A stretch of DNA of 64,000 bases from Chloroflexota bacterium. GTDB lineage: Bacteria; Chloroflexota; Dehalococcoidia; Lucifugimonadales; UBA3495. The stretch lies in the NCBI GenBank assembly GCA_027623675.1, contig JAQBVF010000001.1:1-64000 (forward strand), written 5' to 3'. The notes beneath the pieces are model-generated. The model made no database searches, had not been told where the DNA came from, and worked only from the letters and a program-made list of their open reading frames with translations. The translations under genes and the position numbers were made by a program. Positions 26,527 to 35,927 of the stretch are shown one piece after another (within the stretch, counting starts at the first letter, position 1; each line of letters opens with the position of its first letter).

Positions 26527-29514
26527 CTATTCAGCGCCAGGGTCTTGTTCTGCCGCCCAGATCGCCGCTTGAGCCCGCGAAGATAGACCCAGTTTGGCGA
26601 GGATGTTGCTGACGTGGCTCTCGACCGTGCGTTCCGTAACCACCAGTTCCTCAGCGATCTGGCGGTTGGTGAGCGCCCGAGTCAGAAGCCGCGCAACGTC
26701 CCGCTCGCGCCGGGTGAGCCCACCAAACGCGGCCTTGGCGGCACGGTTGGGTGTGGGAGGGGTCGCCGGAGGCGCCAGTTTGGCGCTCTCTCGAAGAAAG
26801 CTCGTTCGAACTGCCTGGTCGGGGACCTTTTCGGCCAACCGCTCAATCACCTCGCGTGCCGCATCATATTCGGCCCGCGCCTGGGCCCTCTGCCCCATGG
26901 CTTGATGCACTCTGCCTAATCCCGCATCGAGCCGCCACTGCCACGGCAGCGCGCCCATAACCGCCGCCGCATCCCGCGCCGCCGTTAATTCCGCGGCGCT
27001 TTCCGGCAGCCTGCCCAGGGCAAACAGGGCATCAGCCCGAGTCTTGGACAAACGGAGGATCCGATCTCCGAAACCGTTTTCCGCCGCCGGGCCGGTTAGC
27101 CCGTCGAGAATGGACAGCGCTTGGCCCGCATGTCCTCGGGCCACCGCAAGCTCTGCCCGGGAAGCCTCGACCTGACGGCGGCCGGGGGCCATGTCGTCCG
27201 CCAAGGGCTGTGGCCGGTCCAAGGTTTCCGCTGCCTTTGTATACGACCGCTGCTGAATGTGGGTCGCGCCCAGCGCTGCGGCCGCCACGTTGGTCCAGTA
27301 TGCCGAGCGGGTCTCTTCGGCCAGAACTAACCCCTGCTCCAGATGTTGGCGCGCCTTTTCCCAGTCAAGAAGGTCGTGAAATATGGCGCCCAAAACACAG
27401 TGAGCCGCGGTCATCCATTGACGATGCTCGATCTCTTCGGCATTCCCCAGCGCCGCCCAAGCGTAGTCGAGCGCCTCACCGTATTCACCGGTCGGTCCCA
27501 GGCTGAAAGCCAAGTTGAACATGGCGTAAATCTCGCCGGAGCGCCACTCGAGTCGCCGGGTAATCTCCAAGGCCGACTTTCCGTCTTGAACGCACGACGC
27601 TAGATCGGTGGTGGCCGGGGCGCAAGCGTCTCCGTTATAGGTCAGTCCGCGAAGGGGCAGAGTCCCCAGCGCGGACGCCAAGCTCGCCTGGTTGTTTTCC
27701 GCCCGGAAGAACTCGATGGCCTGTTCGTAGTACCTCGCCCCCCGCGCCAGGTCGCCGCTGATGCTGTTAGTCATCCCCAACAGGTCCAACGTGGAAGCCG
27801 TTCCTTGAGGGTCGTCTATCTCTTGAAATATGTCTAAAGCCGCTTCGTGGGCCAGCAACGCCGCTTTGGTTTGCCCAACGTTAAGGCGCCAGTTCCCGGC
27901 GCGGTTAAGGCTCCTGGCATGGAGTTGTTTGTCCTCGGACGTTTGCGCCGCTTGAAGGGCTTGGCGGAAGAATTCCCCCGCCCGGTGATAATCCCGGGCG
28001 GCCCAGAGACCGCCCAGGTCCATCAATACCTCGCACTCCGCCGCTGCGTCTCCGGCCATGTTCGCTCGTGCCGCCTCCAGGTCCGCCTCGGCGCCCGGCA
28101 GGTCTCCCAGGACCTGGTACGCCCTTGAGCGGCCAACCAACGCCTCCTTGGGAGGGGTGCTCCCAAGATTGACTGAGGCCTGGATCGCGCGGGTGAAATG
28201 GGTCGCCGCCGAGTTTGGCGCGCCCAGGCATAACGAATGCTCTCCAGCCTTGAGCGAATAGTCCAGGGCCGCCGGCCATCTCCCGGCCTCGAAGAAATGA
28301 TATGCGATCAACCCCAGCCGGCCGGGCGTCGGATGCCGGGCCTCCAGCAACTCGCCGATCAGCCGGTGCAGCGGTTGGCGCTCTTTCGCCAGCAAGGTGG
28401 CGTAGACCGCCTCCCTGGTGATGGCGTGCCGGAAGGCGAATACTTCAGCCGACTCCTCGGTAACCAATTGGGTCGCCATCAACTCTTTGATAGCATCGAG
28501 AAGAACCGCTTCCGGCATGCCGGTCACGGCTCGGATCAATTCCAGGTCGAAGTTCTGCCCCGCCACCGCCGCCGTCAGCGCCAAGTCTTTAGCGGTTGCG
28601 CTCAAGGCGCCGATGCGCATGTTAACGGCGTGCGACACGCTCCTGGGAACGGTTATTTTATCCCCCAGCTTCCAGTCCCATCGCCCAGCCGCCTCAAAGA
28701 GCTGCCCGGAATTAACCAGGGATTTCAAGACCTCTTCGATGTAGAACGGGTTACCTTCGGTGAGCGTGTGGACCACGTCCATCACCGATGGACGGACCGC
28801 GGATTCCGGCCCCAACACCGCCCGGACCATTGCTCCGGTATCAGATTTGCTTAGTGGGGGCAAGTTTGATTCACGGCACAATAGGTCTCGCTCCAAGGAG
28901 ATCAAGAAGCTGGAAAGACCGGCGTGGGCATCCTCGGTGCGGTACGTCAATAGGAGTCGAAGGGGGTGACCGCCAGCCCGGCGGGTGAGGTAGCCGAGGA
29001 ACTCCAGACTGGCTTCGTCGCACCAGTGAACATCTTCAAGCACCAGTAATGTCGGTTGACGCGAAGATGACGATGTGAACAGACGGGTCAACGCCTGGAA
29101 AAGCCGCAAGCGTTGCTCGCCGCCGTCGAGGTGGCTGTTCGGCGAGGGCGCGGGCAGATCGCCGGCGAGGTCTGGCAGGATCTGGGCTAACCCACTCGCC
29201 AGAGGGCCTAGGTGCTCAATCAGCTCTCCGGGGCCTCGCGCGGCAACCAGAGAGTTGACGAGATCTATGATTGGCGAATATGGAAAATAACGCGCCGTCT
29301 CGGAGCAAGCGCCCCAAAGGACCTGGTAATCCGCCGCCAGGGCCAGCCGCTGCATCTCCTCGCTCAGCCGCGACTTCCCGATGCCGGTTGCGCCGGATAT
29401 GACCAGGACCCTGGCGCCGTTGCCCGCCAAGAAGGGCCCGGCCTCGGCCAGGTACGACTGGCGGCCAATCAGTGCGGGACACACAAAAGTGGTTATCGGT
29501 TGACGTTGCACCAT
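26527..29514 (-). CDS. LAL/MalT-like AAA ATPase-TPR-LuxR transcriptional regulator
   Basis: Walker A GATGIGKS, LEDVHWCD, TEGNPFY, FRHAI, TPR helices, C-terminal LTRRE..VA...TNRQIAEEL...TVESHV..ILAKL. Confidence 0.92.
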   Translation of the reverse strand: MVQRQPITTFVCPALIGRQSYLAEAGPFLAGNGARVLVISGATGIGKSRLSEEMQRLALAADYQVLWGACSETARYFPYSPIIDLVNSLVAARGPGELIEHLGPLASGLAQILPDLAGDLPAPSPNSHLDGGEQRLRLFQALTRLFTSSSSRQPTLLVLEDVHWCDEASLEFLGYLTRRAGGHPLRLLLTYRTEDAHAGLSSFLISLERDLLCRESNLPPLSKSDTGAMVRAVLGPESAVRPSVMDVVHTLTEGNPFYIEEVLKSLVNSGQLFEAAGRWDWKLGDKITVPRSVSHAVNMRIGALSATAKDLALTAAVAGQNFDLELIRAVTGMPEAVLLDAIKELMATQLVTEESAEVFAFRHAITREAVYATLLAKERQPLHRLIGELLEARHPTPGRLGLIAYHFFEAGRWPAALDYSLKAGEHSLCLGAPNSAATHFTRAIQASVNLGSTPPKEALVGRSRAYQVLGDLPGAEADLEAARANMAGDAAAECEVLMDLGGLWAARDYHRAGEFFRQALQAAQTSEDKQLHARSLNRAGNWRLNVGQTKAALLAHEAALDIFQEIDDPQGTASTLDLLGMTNSISGDLARGARYYEQAIEFFRAENNQASLASALGTLPLRGLTYNGDACAPATTDLASCVQDGKSALEITRRLEWRSGEIYAMFNLAFSLGPTGEYGEALDYAWAALGNAEEIEHRQWMTAAHCVLGAIFHDLLDWEKARQHLEQGLVLAEETRSAYWTNVAAAALGATHIQQRSYTKAAETLDRPQPLADDMAPGRRQVEASRAELAVARGHAGQALSILDGLTGPAAENGFGDRILRLSKTRADALFALGRLPESAAELTAARDAAAVMGALPWQWRLDAGLGRVHQAMGQRAQARAEYDAAREVIERLAEKVPDQAVRTSFLRESAKLAPPATPPTPNRAAKAAFGGLTRRERDVARLLTRALTNRQIAEELVVTERTVESHVSNILAKLGLSSRAQAAIWAAEQDPGAE

Positions 29515-30088
29515 AATGATTGAGAGCCTCGGCACCCGTCTAACACGCTAAACGATCCGGTACGGCTAATATTATAATGGCATCGCGGTTGGCGTGGATG
29601 GCTCTCGCTTGGTCCGCCAAAACGAAGACGATTGGCGCGGCGAACGGCTTTGGCGGCTCCAGTACGGAAGATCGGGGTTCTTTGTTCAGTCGTCGATTCA
29701 ACAGTCGCGACGGCGGGCCGTGGTGATGCGATATCTCGGCGTCACGTAAGGCTGCAGATCTTTGAATCGCTGGGGGCCAGGGGCAGCAGCGGCCCCCTGG
29801 CGGACTAGATATACAGCGGAGTGGCCAGCGGACGGGGACGGGGACCACGCTTGCTTCTGCGATACTCTGATTCCGCATCAGGCATTGGGCGCCTACCAGA
29901 CAGCTTTGGAATGGTTTACCGGGGGATCGGCGGGATCAGACGACGATTGATGTAGCGGCGATGGTCGCCAACCAGAGCGTCGGCAGAACCTGTGAGGGCG
30001 GCGGGGCCTTCCTTTGATTTGGCGCCAAACCTGTCCCGATGATGGGGCCGTATGAACCCGCCCGAGCGCCCCCTTGGACCTATCGCCG

Positions 30089-30475
30089 TTACGGGCGAAT
30101 AACCTCACTCTCACATCCGTCGAAAAGGGAAGTTATTTTGCCGATGCACACGTCGTTCCCAAGGCCACCGGTGATTACGGCAGCGAGATTGCCCGTAACG
30201 ATGCAATCGTCGCCGGCGCCTCCATCCAACACCGAGACCGTGGCGCTGCCCAGCATCAGGTCATTGAAGGCCGTCCCTGTTTGGAGACCGTCGGTGACGA
30301 TCACAATATTGGTCACGGTGATCCCCGAGCATTCCCTTGGTTTGATCTCATTTGGGCCAACACTAATAATGGACATCCCAGCGGAGGTCGGAGGAACGGT
30401 GTTAGACGCCGTGAACACCACCGCAACCGAGCCGATCGCCAGTACCAATAACGTGGCCAGCGAGACCTTGATCAT
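30089..30475 (-). CDS. Small secreted protein with SipW-type signal peptide and RTX-like Ca-binding repeats
   Basis: Hydrophobic leader, then FTASNTVP; GGAGDD and GGLGND; 4 Cys; start overlaps the upstream stop (ATGA). Confidence 0.8.
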   Translation of the reverse strand: MIKVSLATLLVLAIGSVAVVFTASNTVPPTSAGMSIISVGPNEIKPRECSGITVTNIVIVTDGLQTGTAFNDLMLGSATVSVLDGGAGDDCIVTGNLAAVITGGLGNDVCIGKITSLFDGCESEVIRP

Positions 30476-32073
30476 GAGTCTGGCGCCGGTCGACGGCTGT
30501 CATAAATGTACCGAACACCGTCACCATCCACAGTGTATTCACTGCCTCCGGAGCCCTGCCCCTGGACGATGAGGCGGCCGAAGATGTCCGACATATGCAA
30601 GAGGTCTTCGAAGCGGGCAAGCACACGAACCGGGCGTTGCGCGGAGTCGTCGTTCGACGCCACGACGATGCGCGCGCCGAACCTGGCCGCGATACAGAAA
30701 TCCTCGCCCTGCTCCTCGGCTCGGCGGGTTAACCACCATATCGCGGCCAAGAAGGCGATCGACAATACGAACAAGACTGAGGCGATCCATCGCAGCGAAG
30801 AGATGGAGAGTTGCAACGCGCGAAATGAGATGCTGCGCTCCCCGACGACCGAAGTCTCCACCGTACCGTGCTGGTCCAGGTTAAATTCGTCGTGGTCTTC
30901 ATGGCCGGGAAGAGTGAGGGCGCCAGAGAGTATTCGGGTCGCGGTCGTCTCAACGTAAATCTCGTTCGGCGGGTTAATCCGAAAATGGGGCGTAGGTTTG
31001 AACAGGTCTTCGAAGGGTTGCCCATCGAGCGTGCCACTGACGCGAATCTCACCGACCATGGCTGCGGTGTAATAGCGCATGGAACTCTGTGTGGCTTCCT
31101 CGACTCGCATGACTATATCCATGATGCCTGGCATGTACCAGGAAGTACTGATTGTTACCTCGTTGCCCTCGAATGGAACGGGCTCCATGGCCCGGACCGT
31201 TTGATGCCATCCGTTCAGATTACTCAGGATGCCGTAGATGACAGCGGTCCCCCGCAATCGTTCCACCACGCCGTCCGTTTTGAAGTTATAACTAAGGGTA
31301 CTAACGATTTCCGGCGTTAGGTCAACGAATATAGGATCGCCGTTCCCGAGCGGAACAGTGCTGACTTGAGGCAATGGCGGAGGAGCGGAGATCTCGAAGT
31401 GTCCGCTGTGTGTGAAGTGAACCGACACAGGCTGAATCTCGGTCGTGGAGGACTTCCAGGCGTAGATACTGATCAATCCTGCAATCACCGCGAACACGAT
31501 GCTGATTCCCAAGACGATCTGTCCGGTTGGGCCCAATACCGCCGACATGGTGGTTTCGACGAACGACTTGAAGGGACGCCGGTGGAGGAGCGAGTCCTCT
31601 ACCTTAGGTTGTTTTTTGCCAGGGCCAGAGGAGAACCCAAACATGAACACCAATCCTCCCGTAATCACCGCGATTCGCCAAGGTTCGCCGAACCACATGA
31701 ACACCCTGCCGGCGTTAGGAATCTTGAACCACATCTTCCCCAACACCGCTTCAGCATCCAATTGGTCACTATCGATCCAATCGTTGTTATCACCCTGAAA
31801 GGTGAAAACGCCCTGTTCTTCAGACACGATTCGATGCACGACAAGAGTGCCGAGCGATTGACTGAAATAGCTAACGACGTCACCGACCCCGACTCGATCG
31901 GCGCCTCGGAGTACAACTACATCACCCCGATGCAGTAACGGGTTCATGCTCGTACCGTTGACAACGGCGTAGGTGGTGAGACCGCCCAACGCCCGCGGCG
32001 CCACGACGACCCAAACTACTACCAGCATCGCCACGATCAGGGCATTGACGATCCCATAGCGGACAAATCCCAT
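30472..32073 (-). CDS. SipW/archaeal-type (S26) signal peptidase I fused to a large DUF5305-like extracellular domain
   Basis: GTSMNP (Ser), GDVV, VVHRI (His), GDNN..D; further TM helices flank a domain of about 220 aa. Confidence 0.85.
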   Translation of the reverse strand: MGFVRYGIVNALIVAMLVVVWVVVAPRALGGLTTYAVVNGTSMNPLLHRGDVVVLRGADRVGVGDVVSYFSQSLGTLVVHRIVSEEQGVFTFQGDNNDWIDSDQLDAEAVLGKMWFKIPNAGRVFMWFGEPWRIAVITGGLVFMFGFSSGPGKKQPKVEDSLLHRRPFKSFVETTMSAVLGPTGQIVLGISIVFAVIAGLISIYAWKSSTTEIQPVSVHFTHSGHFEISAPPPLPQVSTVPLGNGDPIFVDLTPEIVSTLSYNFKTDGVVERLRGTAVIYGILSNLNGWHQTVRAMEPVPFEGNEVTISTSWYMPGIMDIVMRVEEATQSSMRYYTAAMVGEIRVSGTLDGQPFEDLFKPTPHFRINPPNEIYVETTATRILSGALTLPGHEDHDEFNLDQHGTVETSVVGERSISFRALQLSISSLRWIASVLFVLSIAFLAAIWWLTRRAEEQGEDFCIAARFGARIVVASNDDSAQRPVRVLARFEDLLHMSDIFGRLIVQGQGSGGSEYTVDGDGVRYIYDSRRPAPDS

Positions 32074-32117
32074 CGGCGTCCCGTTAGTTCTGACGCCGGA
32101 TCATGTCCCGGATCATG

Positions 32118-32507
32118 TCATTGTGCAACGACAACAGATAGGTTGTTGGCGTCGGCGACTATCGCCTGGGGCGACGTGGTGTTGCACGTTACCGATGTGC
32201 CGGTATTCGTGCAGGTATACCAATCGTTGGTGGTCTCCACCAACTTGGCCCGGATGGTCGAACCCGCCGCCGGGGTTACATCGAGATTAAACGTAATCGA
32301 GTCCACATACGAGGCATTCGCCGAATTTAGGTTATAGTGCACGCTCGAAACGTCGTACCCACTGACCACCGCTGCTCCCTCACCAACCTGCGAGGTTGGA
32401 ACGGTGTTGCTGGCCGTGAATGCGTACACGCTCCCGGCGATAATGCTGGCGATAATTGCCAGGATCAAGATCCGTGGCACCACCCCGACTCTGTTCATAC
32501 TTCGCAT
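32118..32507 (-). CDS. Small secreted beta-rich protein with SipW-type signal peptide (putative fibre subunit)
   Basis: AAGGAG upstream; leader ...GSVYA-FTASNTVP; Thr/Ser/Asn-rich; Cys pair. Confidence 0.82.
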   Translation of the reverse strand: MRSMNRVGVVPRILILAIIASIIAGSVYAFTASNTVPTSQVGEGAAVVSGYDVSSVHYNLNSANASYVDSITFNLDVTPAAGSTIRAKLVETTNDWYTCTNTGTSVTCNTTSPQAIVADANNLSVVVAQ

Positions 32508-32840
32508 ATCTGATTCAATTGCTCCTTATCGCGGCTGTCCGACTGGTATTACTGAATACATACAAATTTCTTCAATTCTTTGCATTATATTTAACCTATA
32601 AACGCCTTAGCATATGACAGAGAAATAGAACATGTTGGTTTATCAACTGAATTTCGCCTTTATCTATCGGCCGAGGCAGGTCCGATGATCGCCATCCTGC
32701 CGAAAGTCGATTTCGCGGGTGGATCCGGGTCCGAATCTGGTTTTGCTGACCTCAAGAGCCGCTTTGCCGCCTTACATAGCAATTTTCTGAGCTAGTTCTC
32801 TTTGGTGCTTCCGTGAGAATGCCCCGTGAGAATGCCCCGC

Positions 32841-32885
32841 AAAAAAACGACCTCGGCTTGGGAACCCAGGCCGAGGTCATTTTTT
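32841..32885. terminator. Bidirectional intrinsic terminator-like hairpin
   Basis: A7-CGACCTCGGCTTGGGAACCCAGGCCGAGGTCA-T6. Confidence 0.7.
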
Positions 32886-32994
32886 ACCGTTTATCACATA
32901 ATATCTTATTGAGATATCGTTTTTCATAGGCTAGAATGGTTTTTCACGGGATGTGAGTTAAAGTGCCAAATCTCAGGGCGAGGAACCATTTTTC

Positions 32995-34542
32995 ATGGAA
33001 ATGAGCATGATGGAACGGTTTTCAGGGCCGGTGAGCGTTTTTCAGGAGCGTCGCCTCCCTGAGTTGGCCACGCCCGCCGGGTACAGCGCCTTGATCGACG
33101 CTTACCGGCTGTCTGTGCCATTGCCACGAATCCTCTTCGCCACCGGCGAGCGCCACCGGGTGGTCGAATCAGATGGCTGGCGAATCTTGACCCCCCGTCA
33201 TGCGCCGCACCCAACCCTTGAAGGTCACCTAACCTTTGCCCTCAAGTACGAGGGCCTTGACCTTGCCGTCCTCAAGCGGCTCTTCCTCACCACCGGCCCG
33301 GCAGAGATCGAGAAGCTGGTGCGCGCAAAGCCGACCGGTGGCTACGCCCGCCGCATCTGGTTCCTGTACGAATGGCTCACAGAGAGACGCCTAGACCTGC
33401 CCGACGTGACGGCCGGCCGTTATATCCCCGCCGTTGACCCCGGTCAGCAATGGGCGGTGACCGGCGTTAACTCGCCAAGACAACGAGTCAGAAACAACAT
33501 GCCGGGCACGCCGGGGTTCTGCCCACTGGTGTTTCGCACCGAGGCACTAGACCGGTTTACGGCCATGGACCTCCAGCAGCGGGCGCAGGAGGTCGTAGCC
33601 GAGGTGCCCCACGATCTGATAGCCCGGACCGCCGCTTTTCTCTTATTGAAAGACTCAAGAGCAAGCTACGCGATAGAGGGGGAACGAGCGCCCTTAGGCC
33701 GGATACAGCGCTGGGGCCGCGCCATCGGGGAAGCGGGCCGGCAACCCCTGGACCTCGAGGAGCTGTTGCGATTGCAGCGCATCGTCATCGAGGACGCCCG
33801 CTTCGTGCGGCTGGGGCTTCGGACGGAGGGTGGCTTCGTTGGGGAGCATGACCGCGATACACGCCTGCCCTTGCCCGACCACATCAGCGCCAGGCCGGAG
33901 GACCTGCCATCGTTGATCGAGGGAATGGTCGCGTTCGCCCAAGCAACCGCCCAACAGTTCGACCCGGTGATAGCCGCGGCGGTGTTGGCTTTCGGCTTCG
34001 TCTACACACACCCATTTGAGGATGGGAACGGACGGATCCATCGCTACCTGATTCACCATGTGCTGGCCCAGCGTGGCTTCAACCCGCCGGGGATCGTCTT
34101 TCCCGTCTCGGCGGCCATCCTGGACCGGATGGACGAGTACCGCCGCGTGCTGGTGGACTATTCCTCAAGACTCCTGCCCGAGATCGTCTGGGAGCCAACC
34201 GCCGCGTTCAATGTTCAGGTGCTCAATGATACCGGGGACTTCTACCGATTCTTCGACGCGACGCCCCAAGCAGAGTTCCTGTATGCGAGCGTCCGCCAAA
34301 CGGTCGAAGAAGACCTGCCCAAGGAAACCGGGTTCCTGCGATGCTACGATCTGTTCCGGGGGCAGGTGGCGGCCATCGTCGATATGCCAGACCGCACCTT
34401 GGACCTGCTATTCCGATTCCTGCAGCAGAACGACGGCAGTCTCTCCAAGCGGGCTCGGGAACGGGAGTTCGGCGCATTGACCGACCAAGAGGCGGAGCAG
34501 ATCCAACGCATCTATCAAGATGTCTGGACGATTCGCGCTTAG
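32995..34542 (+). CDS. Fic family protein
   Basis: Canonical HPFEDGNGRIHR motif; upstream SYAIEG inhibitory-type motif. Confidence 0.92.
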   Translation: MEMSMMERFSGPVSVFQERRLPELATPAGYSALIDAYRLSVPLPRILFATGERHRVVESDGWRILTPRHAPHPTLEGHLTFALKYEGLDLAVLKRLFLTTGPAEIEKLVRAKPTGGYARRIWFLYEWLTERRLDLPDVTAGRYIPAVDPGQQWAVTGVNSPRQRVRNNMPGTPGFCPLVFRTEALDRFTAMDLQQRAQEVVAEVPHDLIARTAAFLLLKDSRASYAIEGERAPLGRIQRWGRAIGEAGRQPLDLEELLRLQRIVIEDARFVRLGLRTEGGFVGEHDRDTRLPLPDHISARPEDLPSLIEGMVAFAQATAQQFDPVIAAAVLAFGFVYTHPFEDGNGRIHRYLIHHVLAQRGFNPPGIVFPVSAAILDRMDEYRRVLVDYSSRLLPEIVWEPTAAFNVQVLNDTGDFYRFFDATPQAEFLYASVRQTVEEDLPKETGFLRCYDLFRGQVAAIVDMPDRTLDLLFRFLQQNDGSLSKRAREREFGALTDQEAEQIQRIYQDVWTIRA

Positions 34543-34665
34543 CCCGGCGCGCAAACTGCTGGTCTCCCGTGCCCAGCGTAGTCGGGTTTTGAGCCGTCCC
34601 AAGTAGAGCAGTGTTGCTTTGGTCGGTACTCGACGGTCCTAGTTGCCGTGCAACCTAGAGGTCAG

Positions 34666-35094
34666 TCACTCCTTGGACCTGTCCTTGCGGGCCTTGGGCT
34701 TGGATGGCACGTTCAGGTCGGCGGCGGCGCGGACGAGGGACTCGAGGGCTTTCTCATCGATCTCGTCTCCCTCTTGGAGGTCAATGGCCCGCCTTGCGTT
34801 GCCTTCTAGGCTGGCGTTGAATAAACCTGCTGGGTCCTCAAGAGAAGCTCCCTTGAAGAAGGTGAGTTTCACCTTGCCCGTGTAGGTCTCGCCGGTGCAG
34901 ATGATCCCGTCCTTGGACCAAACGGGGACGCCCATCGGGTTAGACGGCTTTCTCCATTTCATCTCCTCGACAACATCGGGGACGGCCTGTTCGATGAGGC
35001 GGCGGACCCGGGAGAGCGCCTCGCCACGCCAGTCGGGTGGTTCGTTGATCATCGCATCGGCCGGCTCGAAATCGGCCCTATCGGGCGTGCTCAT
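34666..35094 (-). CDS. DUF1801 (YdhG-like) protein
   Basis: EEMKWRKPSNPMGVPVWS, GETY, KLTFFKGASL.DP..LFN.SL.GN.RRAID; AGGAG RBS. Confidence 0.88.
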   Translation of the reverse strand: MSTPDRADFEPADAMINEPPDWRGEALSRVRRLIEQAVPDVVEEMKWRKPSNPMGVPVWSKDGIICTGETYTGKVKLTFFKGASLEDPAGLFNASLEGNARRAIDLQEGDEIDEKALESLVRAAADLNVPSKPKARKDRSKE

Positions 35095-35584
35095 CGCTAA
35101 CTCCTGTCTGTCATGTCTCGCCCTGGTGTTCTTGCCTTAATGCAGTGCCGTCACGCCTGTCATTTGCGAGATATTGCCAAACGCATCGACATAGAACCCG
35201 GGAAGCCGTGACCCCGGCCGATTCCTCGGCCTATCTATCGAACCACAAAATTGGGGAGAATCGTTTCCCTTAAGTCATTCTCAGCCTCTGGGGCTTACCA
35301 ATCGTCCGAAGCGAAGGCCCAGCCGGTGATGTGACGCGGATCACTCCAGCATTCCCATGCCTTTTTTACCGGAGCGTTGATGGTGGTTTGGACCGTGACC
35401 GGATCCATCGTGGTATCTCGTTAGGGAAGACCAGATTGAATCAGATTGTATGTAGCAACCGCCCACGCGCATGTGACTTCCGGTGACGCCCATTCATCGC
35501 GGCATCGACTGAAGCCTCTCTTACGTAAACACGGCCCCGGGGGGGGGGGGACATGTACATGAGGACGCCAAAAGGAAGAAGAAC

Positions 35585-35659
35585 TGGCTCCCCGAGTAGG
35601 ATTCGAACCTACGACCTATCGGTTAACAGCCGACCGCTCTACCGCTGAGCTATCGGGGA
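35585..35659 (-). tRNA. tRNA-Asn (GTT)
   Basis: TCCCCGATAGCTCAGCGGTAGAGCGGTCGGCTGTTAACCGATAGGTCGTAGGTTCGAATCCTACTCGGGGAGCCA: 75 nt, cloverleaf, encoded CCA. Confidence 0.97.
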
Positions 35660-35701
35660 ACGCTTAAAAAGAGGGTGTTGCCGTGGTGGCTAACCTAGCA
35701 G

Positions 35702-35730
35702 ATTGTAGCACCTGGAAAAGTTTCGCTCAA
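35702..35730 (-). promoter_or_regulatory. Sigma70 promoter of tRNA-Asn
   Basis: Minus strand TTGAGC-17 bp-TACAAT. Confidence 0.65.
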
Positions 35731-35927
35731 TATGAAATGGCCGGATGAAATAGCCGGGACGGCAACTTTAGGCGGAGACCAATCTTAAGGTCCGTCGAAC
35801 CAACAGACGATAACGCCATCGCCGGCGCTCCGAAAAACTGGGCACACCCTCATCACATCCGCAAATCCGACATCCGCGCATCAGGCCCGCAGACATCCGC
35901 CCTACCGGATTCTGCGTAGTAATTATT

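Noticed and set aside
29540..30088. Short ORFs between the LAL regulator and the fibre locus
   Set aside because: No RBS, motif or consistent codon bias
35330..35345. CRP/FNR-like site TGTGA-N6-TCACT
   Set aside because: Single near-match about 240 bp from the nearest start; could be chance
35539..35550. G12 homopolymer as a phase-variation tract
   Set aside because: Not within a CDS or recognisable promoter; may be a sequencing artefact
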